Below are positions 1 to 8,459 of a stretch of 32,000 bases of DNA, in pieces. A program made the translations under genes and the position numbers. Below the pieces are notes generated by a model. It had not been told where the DNA came from. It saw nothing but the letters and a program-made list of their open reading frames with translations, and searched no databases. Origin of the DNA: Candidatus Velamenicoccus archaeovorus (lineage in GTDB: Bacteria > Omnitrophota > Gorgyraeia > Velamenicoccales > Velamenicoccaceae); assembly GCF_004102945.1 (NCBI RefSeq), contig NZ_CP019384.1:960001-992000 (forward strand). The letters run 5' to 3'. Numbering within the stretch: the first letter of the stretch is position 1; the number at the start of each line of letters is the position of its first letter.

Positions 1-41
1 TGACAAAGATCGCATCGGATATAAACCATAGAAACGCTCCT

Positions 42-1085
42 TTATAAAGCGAGTCGGGCCATTAGACAGCGCCCTTTCTTTTTTAAATCCTTGGCACCAT
101 AAAAAAGATAAACCTGTCCACTATCCATAAAAACATGCGGCGAGTTAACAACCTTTGAGTCATACCCCTCTTCAGATCCTTTGGTTAGAATGGGATTATC
201 AATGTATTTTTCCCATTTTATGAGATCTTGGGAAAAAGCTAAGCCGATTCCATATTCATTAAAACGATTTTGACCTTCATAGAACGCGACATAGCTATCC
301 TCTAAGGGGAGGATGCTAACAATTAAAGCACTACTTTCATCCCATCCACCCTGACAACCGGGTTGAAGAATGGGCTCGCTATTTCTACGCCAGGAAAAAA
401 GATCTCTTGAAACGGCAAGCCCCGTTCTCACTTTTTTCCCATCAGAACCTCCGTAAAACAGAAAAAACTGTTCACCAAATTTTAGCACACAGGGTGAGAA
501 GACTCCGCAAGAATCCCAGGAGTGCTTATGACCAACCGCAAAAACAGGATTGCTGGTTTCAAATTGCCAATGAATCTTGTTCCTGGAGATAGCAATGCCT
601 ATAGCCCTTCCCTTTGCATGTTGAATGACCTGAGAGGAGGTCTTAGATAGCGATCTATACAATTTTCTATAAACACTCCCAGCTATTCTTTGTAAAGAAT
701 ATGGACAACAATTTACCCAATGCTTCATCAACCCATTCACATGTTTCTCGACAGCTTCAAAAAAAAGATAATCATTGTTATGATAAGACAGCCACGCAAC
801 AGCATCGATATTATGGTTCAAAACCCCCTGATGTTTTGAGGATATGACAGGGTTTCCTGGATATTTCATCCAATGTATCAAATCTCTAGAATACGCCAAT
901 CCAATTCCCCAGAGATTGGACTTCGTGCTACGCCCAGTGTAGAATAAAAAGGCATCTTTTCCTGGGGGGCGAAAAACAAAAGGACAATCCACCATCAAAT
1001 CATCCCAAGCACCCTTTCCTCCTACGTCTAGCACAGGAGTAGGGTGTCTGTTCCATTGGCCTCCTAGAAACGATGCTAACTTCAA
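42..1085 (-). CDS. Cytoplasmic beta-propeller glycosidase / glycoside-phosphorylase-like protein (GH130/GH43/GH32-type fold)
   Basis: 347-aa ORF with a reiterated blade signature ('WGIGLAYSRDLIHW', 'RTGLAVSRDLFSW', 'YGIGLAFSQDLIKW', each preceded by a W-D...F[LV]FY.G block). No signal peptide. Start is TTG at 1085 (plus-strand caa) with GAGGA 6 nt upstream. Family assigned from motif memory only. Confidence 0.5.
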   Translation of the reverse strand: MKLASFLGGQWNRHPTPVLDVGGKGAWDDLMVDCPFVFRPPGKDAFLFYTGRSTKSNLWGIGLAYSRDLIHWMKYPGNPVISSKHQGVLNHNIDAVAWLSYHNNDYLFFEAVEKHVNGLMKHWVNCCPYSLQRIAGSVYRKLYRSLSKTSSQVIQHAKGRAIGIAISRNKIHWQFETSNPVFAVGHKHSWDSCGVFSPCVLKFGEQFFLFYGGSDGKKVRTGLAVSRDLFSWRRNSEPILQPGCQGGWDESSALIVSILPLEDSYVAFYEGQNRFNEYGIGLAFSQDLIKWEKYIDNPILTKGSEEGYDSKVVNSPHVFMDSGQVYLFYGAKDLKKKGRCLMARLAL

Positions 1086-1094
1086 GTTAAATCC

Positions 1095-2585
1095 TCAAAA
1101 ATCCCCTAGAAGATATTTTTTAAAAACTATTCCATGCAAACAAAGGATGATAATTGAATACAAAAGTAGCCCCGTCACCACTAAAGAATAACAATGCCAT
1201 TTCCATGGAAAAAATAATAAAAACAGCATCCCCAATACAAAAAACCCCAAAGTCTTCAGCACTTTTTGAAGCCGAAATGGAAAAAAGTTTTTAGTGGAAT
1301 AAAAATAAAAAAAGAAAGTCAAAATATCTGCAGCAACTTTTGCAAAAGCAGCTCCCTTGATCGACAAAAATGGCACCAAAATCAAGTTTAAAACGACATT
1401 CGCCAGCGCAGTCATCACAGCAATTTTTCCGATCAGACCTTGTTGATCATAACACAAAAGACAACGGGAATACACTAGAGCCAATAACATCAACAGAGGC
1501 CACCAAATAAGAACTGCAAAAACAGGACCGCTCAAAGTGAATGCTTGGCCATAAATTAAAATCATCAAAGGAGTCGCCCAATAAGTTCCTAAAACAGCGA
1601 TTGGAAAAAACAAAAAAAACCCCGTGAGAATTGTCCAATAGATCACCGCTTTCATCGCGTGAGATGATTCATGCGCAGCTTTTGACATGATCGGGAGTAA
1701 CGCGTTAAAGTAAACCGTCAATGCAGTTATCATCAAAATGATCGGTCGGTAAGCAGCGTTATACAAACCGGCTGCACTCCCCCCTTTCCATAAAAATAAC
1801 AACATTGAATCAAAATAATGGATAACCCAAGCCATCAGGAGACTTAAACCCAGAGGAGCTGTGTCTCGAAGAGTCTTGCGAAAAAATTTCTTATCCCATA
1901 CAATAGCGAGGGAGCCAAATCTATTTCTGTAGAGTATAAACAAGGAAAATGTTGAACAAAGCCACGAAATATTAAATATTAAAGTGAAGATAAGTAGCTG
2001 CTGGTTTTCTCTCACAAAAAGGAAAATCCCGATCATAAAAAGAAAGGCGCGTAAAAAAACCGCTAATGCGACAAAAGCCATTTTTTCTAGACCCTGAAAA
2101 TACCAGTCCAGAAATAGAGCGGCAGGAATTAAGGCCAGACCATACACAAAAGTAATCGATTTCACGAAAAAGGGTTCATGGAGCAAATATAAAAATACAG
2201 CAAGAACGCATAGACTAAAAAAAGACAATAGAAGTCGGAGAGATATTACCCGATTGACGTAGAAATTGGTCCGGTCATGTATTGATCGTGCAACATTTCT
2301 TGCACCAAGAAAAGTCAAACCCATATTACTGAGATTCCAAAAAAACATAAAAACGATTTCTGCAAAAGCAACGATGCCAAAACCTTCCGGTCCCAAAATT
2401 CTGGCGGCTTGAACCATTGCTACAAAAAAACATATCGCAGCCAAGGCATTTCCAGAAAATAACCAAAACAAGTTAGAGAATATGTGTTTTTTTTGAATCA
2501 CGAATGCTTTATGTGCCATAGGATAAGGCACTAATCCATCCTCGGCATACACAGATTCTTTTTCTAATTCCTTCTTTGTATTCAT
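1095..2585 (-). CDS. Wzx-type polysaccharide flippase (MOP superfamily polytopic membrane protein)
   Basis: 496 aa, almost entirely hydrophobic helices (roughly 12-14 predicted by eye). Size and position within a glycan locus are typical of O-unit/EPS flippases. ATG at 2585. Confidence 0.7.
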   Translation of the reverse strand: MNTKKELEKESVYAEDGLVPYPMAHKAFVIQKKHIFSNLFWLFSGNALAAICFFVAMVQAARILGPEGFGIVAFAEIVFMFFWNLSNMGLTFLGARNVARSIHDRTNFYVNRVISLRLLLSFFSLCVLAVFLYLLHEPFFVKSITFVYGLALIPAALFLDWYFQGLEKMAFVALAVFLRAFLFMIGIFLFVRENQQLLIFTLIFNISWLCSTFSLFILYRNRFGSLAIVWDKKFFRKTLRDTAPLGLSLLMAWVIHYFDSMLLFLWKGGSAAGLYNAAYRPIILMITALTVYFNALLPIMSKAAHESSHAMKAVIYWTILTGFFLFFPIAVLGTYWATPLMILIYGQAFTLSGPVFAVLIWWPLLMLLALVYSRCLLCYDQQGLIGKIAVMTALANVVLNLILVPFLSIKGAAFAKVAADILTFFFYFYSTKNFFPFRLQKVLKTLGFFVLGMLFLLFFPWKWHCYSLVVTGLLLYSIIILCLHGIVFKKYLLGDF

Positions 2586-2613
2586 ATGCTATAATTCAAC
2601 AGTCTCACAGCCA

Positions 2614-4176
2614 TCAAGTCATTCTGGCGGCACGATTCGAGAAACGGCGGGAAAGATCTTTAGTCGCCGAAGCAAGTAACAGCAAAAAAGTAAGAAAATG
2701 TTTGAAAAATCGATAAAAAGTAATAGTCCACACCGCCTTAAGGTACTGTTTTCTATGCACTGATTTAGTATAGTTTCTAAAATAACGAAAAAAAGAAAAA
2801 AATGGATCTGCATAAAGTGGTATGGCCGTAAACTGAGCGTACAGAAAAGCAGCCAAAAAAGAGATATTTCGACGGTGGTGATTCAATTTGAAGCGTGGAT
2901 CAATAATTCGTTTATAAGGCTGACTTCCAAGATAGACATCATATTCATCTTTTTTTAAAGGAGGATGCACATATTCTTGATAAATCATCGTTCCTGGCAA
3001 TGGAACTGTAACAAAAAAACCGTAATGAGTAGCTTTGATCGCACGAGCTAATGCGATCGTTGCTTTAAGATCTTCTTCGGTTTCAGTCGGCGTATTGATC
3101 ATAAAATTTGCAAAAGTTCTTAACTTGTATTTTTTACAAATAGCATAAGCGTTATGAATCTGGTTAAGAGTTATCCCTTTCTTCATCAATTTTAGGATTC
3201 GTTCGGAGCCACTTTCAACCCCAAACTCCACTTGTATACACCCACTGCTGGCGACCATCTGTGCCATCTTTTCTGTAAAAATGTTGACTCGTGTTTGCAT
3301 GCCCCAGACAAGAGAATCAAGTTTTCGATGAACTAATCCATCGCAAAAGTCGCGAACACGCTGTTCCGAAACCGTAAAAGAGTCATCGTTAACAAAAAAA
3401 CTATCGATGCGGTAGCGGTTATAAAGAAATTCTAGCTCATCAAGAACATTGGGTATAGGCCGACATCGAAAGCGTTTCTTGTAGGTATGAACCGCCCATA
3501 GCGACGGATTTCCGCAATAAGTACACTGACAAGGGCATCCGCGCGTCGTTTGAACATCTATTCCAGCAAATATACTATAACGGATAATGCTTGTCCGCGG
3601 CTGGAGATAGAAATCCATATTTAAAAGGTCATAGGAAGGCATTGGCAAAATGCCAAGGTCTTCAAGAACGGCTCTTTTTGACGTCATAACGACTTCATCT
3701 CTATAATAGGCAATCCCTGGGACTTTGTGTACCTGTCCACCGAGCTTAAGAACCTGTAGTAGCTCCACGAGTGTCTCTTCGCCTTCCCCAAGCACTACAA
3801 AATCAAAAGGACTTTGAGGATAAAGAAAATCGCCTGGGTAAAATGTCGGGTGGTGTCCCCCTACTATCACTATTCCTTTATATCCCTGCTTCCTCAAATC
3901 TAAAGCCATGCGTAAAACACAGGAATATTCAGCACTTAAACAAGTAAAACCGACAAAAGAAGAGTTGGCAGCTAAAATTTGACTGACCGTTTCTTGCTCA
4001 ATCTTGCGTATATGCGTTTGTTTTCCAGCGTCCTTAATATCTACAATACAACAATCAAATCCTTTCAGTCGCAAATAAGACGCCAAATAAATACAAGGGA
4101 ATGGGACGATGGGTGAGCTAGCTCTCGTAGGCGGGCTAACCAAAACGATATCGATTAATCTATCAGTGTAGGTCAT
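2614..4176 (-). CDS. B12-binding-domain radical SAM enzyme (class B rSAM, methyltransferase-like) with hydrophobic C-terminal tail
   Basis: CX3CX2C cluster motif in 'TTRGCPCQCTYCGNP'. N-terminal Rossmann-like cobalamin-domain-type region ('VGFTCLSAEY', 'IVIVGGHHPTF', 'VVLGEGEETLVELL'). I place the start at ATG 4176 ('MTYTDRLIDIVLVSPP') rather than track start 4260, which would overlap the upstream gene by 98 nt. Confidence 0.8.
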   Translation of the reverse strand: MTYTDRLIDIVLVSPPTRASSPIVPFPCIYLASYLRLKGFDCCIVDIKDAGKQTHIRKIEQETVSQILAANSSFVGFTCLSAEYSCVLRMALDLRKQGYKGIVIVGGHHPTFYPGDFLYPQSPFDFVVLGEGEETLVELLQVLKLGGQVHKVPGIAYYRDEVVMTSKRAVLEDLGILPMPSYDLLNMDFYLQPRTSIIRYSIFAGIDVQTTRGCPCQCTYCGNPSLWAVHTYKKRFRCRPIPNVLDELEFLYNRYRIDSFFVNDDSFTVSEQRVRDFCDGLVHRKLDSLVWGMQTRVNIFTEKMAQMVASSGCIQVEFGVESGSERILKLMKKGITLNQIHNAYAICKKYKLRTFANFMINTPTETEEDLKATIALARAIKATHYGFFVTVPLPGTMIYQEYVHPPLKKDEYDVYLGSQPYKRIIDPRFKLNHHRRNISFLAAFLYAQFTAIPLYADPFFSFFRYFRNYTKSVHRKQYLKAVWTITFYRFFKHFLTFLLLLASATKDLSRRFSNRAARMT

Positions 4177-5353
4177 ATTTATAATAGCAGAAAGCACATG
4201 GATTGATTGTTTTGTCTCCGACCAATTCGCTGCGTCGCAATTCCTTTGCCCGCGGGCCATTCCATATCTGCGTAAGAAAATCCTGATTTAGATAGTTTCC
4301 AAGGACCGTATTTTCATACATGCGTTCTTCATAAAAAACTTTGTCATTGTCTGCGTGAAAATAAAAGGGTCGCCTTGTTCTGAAAAAGGGGCAAGCGCAC
4401 ACATCGCCATTATAGAAGATACAAACGCCGTGCCAAAGATGATAACACAAGCAATTTCTGAATGGCTTAATATTAGGCAATCTTAAGCGGATTCCTAACC
4501 TACGGGCTTTCTGGTGAGCTTGATTAAATAATTGTTCTTTAACTTCATTGTTTATCTCAAATATATTATTATCCTTTTCTTTTTTAACATGGACGATAAA
4601 TCCGCTAGCATTGATAAAATCAATTCCCAGGTCTTTGGCAAAATCGAGATAGTCAAGGATGTCACCGTAATTATCGCTTCTAAAGATAAAATTAAGGCCA
4701 AGTTGAAAGGCTTGTCGCTTATAAGCGGCCCTATACCGGGAAAACAAACGGATGCCCTCGACAGCCTTGTCGAAAGAGCTACCTTTTTTGATGTCTTCAT
4801 AACGTTGCCGGGAATGGGAATCCACTGAAATCAAAACGCTATCCACCCCTTCCCGAAAAGTCGTCTTGATCTTATTCTCGTCAATCAGACTGGCATTCGT
4901 AAAATATCCTGTTTTAATGCCGAAAGACTTAAAAAAATGATGGATGTCCCAGAATTCCGGGTTAAGGAAAGGTTCTCCTAACCCACCGACAAAATAAGTG
5001 CTGTAAATATATGGCAAAATATGCCCGAGCTTTTTAAGGTTTTTAAGAGAAACATTGCTTTTGGGAAGACCACCAAGAGCGGGATCGGTTTGGTAGAGCA
5101 CGCGTTCACAACCAGGACACCGCAAGTTACAAACCGTGCTAACTTCTACCATGAGAGTAATAGGAAAGTAGGGAACATTTTCTGGATGTCTATTACGAAA
5201 AATCAAATATTTAGCCACGTTAGACAACCTTAGGGGGGCTAAAAGATATCTAACTTTGACTGCGGAAGCAGCATCAAAACCAAAATATTTTTTAACCTGC
5301 CGAAAAATCCCGCTTCCCCGATATCGGTCAAAATTTTTGTCTTTATTGTTCAT
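4163..5353 (-). CDS. Radical SAM / SPASM-domain protein (paralogue A)
   Basis: 'VSTVCNLRCPGCE' CX3CX2C motif. Cys-rich C-terminus 'CLCYHLWHGVCIFYNGDVCACPFF...CAFCYY' typical of SPASM auxiliary-cluster domains. ATG at 5353. Confidence 0.8.
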   Translation of the reverse strand: MNNKDKNFDRYRGSGIFRQVKKYFGFDAASAVKVRYLLAPLRLSNVAKYLIFRNRHPENVPYFPITLMVEVSTVCNLRCPGCERVLYQTDPALGGLPKSNVSLKNLKKLGHILPYIYSTYFVGGLGEPFLNPEFWDIHHFFKSFGIKTGYFTNASLIDENKIKTTFREGVDSVLISVDSHSRQRYEDIKKGSSFDKAVEGIRLFSRYRAAYKRQAFQLGLNFIFRSDNYGDILDYLDFAKDLGIDFINASGFIVHVKKEKDNNIFEINNEVKEQLFNQAHQKARRLGIRLRLPNIKPFRNCLCYHLWHGVCIFYNGDVCACPFFRTRRPFYFHADNDKVFYEERMYENTVLGNYLNQDFLTQIWNGPRAKELRRSELVGDKTINPCAFCYYKYDLH

Positions 5354-5382
5354 GCCGTTTTAACCTTATGGTTACATCAATT

Positions 5383-6498
5383 TCATACCCGTCCTAATGT
5401 GTTAAAAGAACGACATCCAATACACATCGGATCTAAGGTGCCGGTTTTTTGAGGAACTCCATTTCGAAGAGCTTTGTATCGTGGTGAATTCCAGATTTCT
5501 GTGAAGGGTTTTTCAAAAATATTACCGAGGCAGTTCTTCCTTAAAAAATCTCTGCGATTAGCCATCATTACACCGCAACACGGCATGACATATCCTCCCA
5601 TCATAATGTAAGGTTGCACCCAGCACGAACACTGGGTAATTGGTGGCTGCATGATCGTGTCTCCTAGCGGAATGTCGATATCGCATTCATCTGCGATACG
5701 ATTAAGTTCTTTTAAATAATCATCACGTTTTTTTATAGATAGATGTTGTATTTCTTTAAAATCCAAGGTCCCCACGATATTAATAGTATTGCTGACATTC
5801 AGCTTCTTGATCAAACGAATAAAATCAGGCAGCTCTTGATAATTGTTTCCCATGATAACATAACGAAATGAAATTTCCGGCAATGGAGATTGGTATTTCT
5901 TTTTTAAGTCGTCAAATATCTTAAGGTTCTCTAGGACTTTATTAAATGAGGCACCGCGGCGTATCTCTTCATATGTTTTTGCAGTGGCGCCTTCCATAGA
6001 ACAGTAAATCCGCTCAACCCCCAATTTTATAACAGCTTCCATTTCATCTCTTTTAAGGTTTGTAAAACTTTCTACAAATTTTACAAAAACCCCCTTCTTC
6101 TTTGTGTATTCCAAAATCCGTATAAAGTCCTTATTGAGGAAAGAAGAACCTTCTCCTGTCGTATTGATCCACCACAATCCCGGAAATTGACTAAGGATAT
6201 GCTTGTATTCGTCAAAGCTCAGATCTCGATTTTCTTCACTCCAATAAGTATGTTCGCAATGGATGCACTTTAAATGGCAGCGAGTTGTAATTTCAACTTC
6301 GATTTCCCTTGGATAGGGCGCTAACTTCGGCCAGCGCTTATAAAAAATATGTGGGAGTCCCGGACCAACATTGGCAACGGTGGCTCGAGCAAAAATATAG
6401 CTTCGTAATTGCTTAAGGTCCCTCCTGCGAAAAAGAATATATCCCATATTGCGACAATTGCTAATGGCCTCTTCTTTAATATAATTCCATAATTTCAT
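5383..6498 (-). CDS. Radical SAM / SPASM-domain protein (paralogue B)
   Basis: 'TTRCHLKCIHCEH' CX3CX2C motif. C-terminal 'CSCWVQPYIMMGGYVMPCCG...CIGCRSF'. Shares the block 'YEEIRRGASFNKVLENL' with paralogue A ('YEDIKKGSSFDKAVEGI'). AAGGAG Shine-Dalgarno 7 nt upstream of ATG 6498. Confidence 0.8.
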   Translation of the reverse strand: MKLWNYIKEEAISNCRNMGYILFRRRDLKQLRSYIFARATVANVGPGLPHIFYKRWPKLAPYPREIEVEITTRCHLKCIHCEHTYWSEENRDLSFDEYKHILSQFPGLWWINTTGEGSSFLNKDFIRILEYTKKKGVFVKFVESFTNLKRDEMEAVIKLGVERIYCSMEGATAKTYEEIRRGASFNKVLENLKIFDDLKKKYQSPLPEISFRYVIMGNNYQELPDFIRLIKKLNVSNTINIVGTLDFKEIQHLSIKKRDDYLKELNRIADECDIDIPLGDTIMQPPITQCSCWVQPYIMMGGYVMPCCGVMMANRRDFLRKNCLGNIFEKPFTEIWNSPRYKALRNGVPQKTGTLDPMCIGCRSFNTLGRV

Positions 6499-6668
6499 TG
6501 GCTACTCCTTATTTTTATAGTGGGAAGATTTGAATCGGCTATACATAACCAATTTTCCTAAGGACATCTTTCTGTTCCTTATGCAGCCATAAATACTAGA
6601 AGCTCATGGCAGGTAAGGCGAGTATAAAACTTTCCTTAGCTAAAGACATAAAAAATGGTGGACATGTT

Positions 6669-8459
6669 TCACTTTGCGAGAAAATACACTATGAAAGAAC
6701 CAATTTGAATTCGTTCATATTCTTTTCTTTTGAACCAAGCGGGAGGACACTGCAAAATGCCGTTTTCATGAATACTAAAAATAACGACACAAGAGGCCGA
6801 GCCAGACAGAGTCTTATCATCTTGATGCTGCGGGCATATTCCAGTAAAAGTCGGAGGAACAAAAAAAGATGTCTGCGGCCTCCCACATTTTATTCTCAGG
6901 AATTCCTTAATAGCAAAAGCCGCTTCGCCTCTAAAGTTTTTTTCATCGTTAATGACCATGATGTTATCTTGCGGTCCTGTGTGTTCCTCTAAAAATGAGA
7001 ACAAAGCCTTGTTTTCCCTCCCTTCCTGTGCGAAAGCCCTAGCGCCTACAAATGACAGCATCAGTTTATAAACAACAAGACACACAGTAAGCCAAAATCC
7101 GAATCGATATAAAGAGAAGCCATGTTTGTTACGTCGTGTGGCACAAACGGCCCAATAAAGAATGGCCATAAAGATTCCCATGACAATGACTATGGCTACA
7201 GCAGAAAAACGTTTGAATAGTAAAAAATCCATTTTTTCAAAAAAACTTCGACTTATGAACAAATATCCTATCAAAACAAAAACCACTACGGAAGTCAGAA
7301 GAATCTTAATCAAGTTTTTTCTTTCAAAAGAAAAACGACTGTCATCTTTTCGTAGAAATTCTAGGAAAGATATCAGAAGCCCTGCATAACCTAACATGAG
7401 TGGCAAGATATACCGACCAAAGATACCGCAGCGAGCATAGATCATAAACTGTGGCACGATGATAAGTCCGAATAGAATCAACGAAGGCACTGCATTTGTG
7501 GTAAAACTTCGATCAATTCTTTTTGAAGAAAAAAATAAAAACAAAAACGCACAAAGTAAAATGACCAATCCTGCGCCAATCGTAGAAAATGAAAGACTAA
7601 CATCGATGGCCGTGATAGCCGCTCTGATGAATAACGACAGGTCGAAATGACTAATCCCGCCACCTTGCGCACCATAACCACCGAATCCTACGCTGGCTCC
7701 GATGATCAACAAAACCGAAATTGTAAAGATTAAGAGAATAAGAACGGCCCAAAAATTTGCTATCCATGCTTTTTGCCATGAAGTTCCATTGTGGAGACGA
7801 TAAGACCAAGCCATCAAATAAACAAAGGCAGGAATCATCAAGATGAAGCTTTCTTTTGATAAAGCTGAAAGAATGACGAAAACGACCATGGTACTCCGAA
7901 AACAAAATTTGTATCGAGGATGGCGAATGGCAAAAAGCATACAGACCCAAGAGGCCGCCAGAAGTAACATGGCGATATTCTCGTTAGGACCTAAGGACCA
8001 CCAAACGACGGCTTGGGGTCCCAGTAGAGTCAGTAAAACAAAAAGAATAGAATCGAGCCATGAAAATGATGTCAACCGACATCCGTAATAAAGTAAGAAT
8101 GACGTTAAGACGGCTAGAACTCCTGCGTAAAACAGCCACGTCGTGAAGTTTGCGCCGAGCCATTTCGTCAACAAAACTCTATGAATGAAATAAAAAGGTC
8201 TGAATCGATGACTTCCATTCAAATCTTTCCTAAACCACTTCGTAAATACGCTTCCCCACGTGTTCATTGAAAGATCTTCCTGGACACTAAGAATCTCATT
8301 GTCATCGGCCAAATGATAATCGGAAAACAAAGAACCGCTTCCGCCAAGGATGGCGCCCCAAAGCAAAACAAAAAACAAAGCTACAAAAAAATATTCGCCG
8401 CGTATGAATATGGCGGGAAAACTACGTTTTTGTGACTCAAATGCCTGCATGATCCCCAC
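6669..8459 (-). CDS. Large polytopic membrane protein, GT-C-like glycosyltransferase or Wzy-like polymerase candidate, with ~100-aa soluble C-terminal domain
   Basis: 596 aa with more than 10 hydrophobic segments. Acidic 'HLADDNEI' patch in the first predicted external loop, as in GT-C enzymes (ArnT/PMT type). Start ambiguous: GTG 8459 or ATG 8450. Overlaps the 3' end of the upstream SDR gene. Confidence 0.45.
   Translation of the reverse strand: MGIMQAFESQKRSFPAIFIRGEYFFVALFFVLLWGAILGGSGSLFSDYHLADDNEILSVQEDLSMNTWGSVFTKWFRKDLNGSHRFRPFYFIHRVLLTKWLGANFTTWLFYAGVLAVLTSFLLYYGCRLTSFSWLDSILFVLLTLLGPQAVVWWSLGPNENIAMLLLAASWVCMLFAIRHPRYKFCFRSTMVVFVILSALSKESFILMIPAFVYLMAWSYRLHNGTSWQKAWIANFWAVLILLIFTISVLLIIGASVGFGGYGAQGGGISHFDLSLFIRAAITAIDVSLSFSTIGAGLVILLCAFLFLFFSSKRIDRSFTTNAVPSLILFGLIIVPQFMIYARCGIFGRYILPLMLGYAGLLISFLEFLRKDDSRFSFERKNLIKILLTSVVVFVLIGYLFISRSFFEKMDFLLFKRFSAVAIVIVMGIFMAILYWAVCATRRNKHGFSLYRFGFWLTVCLVVYKLMLSFVGARAFAQEGRENKALFSFLEEHTGPQDNIMVINDEKNFRGEAAFAIKEFLRIKCGRPQTSFFVPPTFTGICPQHQDDKTLSGSASCVVIFSIHENGILQCPPAWFKRKEYERIQIGSFIVYFLAK

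Noticed and set aside
2614-4260. Longest-ORF starts given by the track for several genes (4260, 28153, 24598, 21684, 21008, 25428, 13495)
   Set aside because: Inspection of the nucleotides shows these are either TTG/GTG codons translated as M or upstream ATGs that create long overlaps. Internal ATGs with SD sequences or ATGA coupling (4176, 28123, 24529, 21654, 20996, 25407, 13489) give N-termini typical of the families.
2614-6498. Interpreting the radical-SAM/SPASM cassette as a RiPP (peptide natural product) cluster
   Set aside because: There is no leader-peptidase, dedicated exporter or RRE-type domain, and no convincing Cys-rich precursor. The genes are embedded in, and translationally continuous with, glycan assembly genes. 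The only small upstream ORF is reported separately at low interest.
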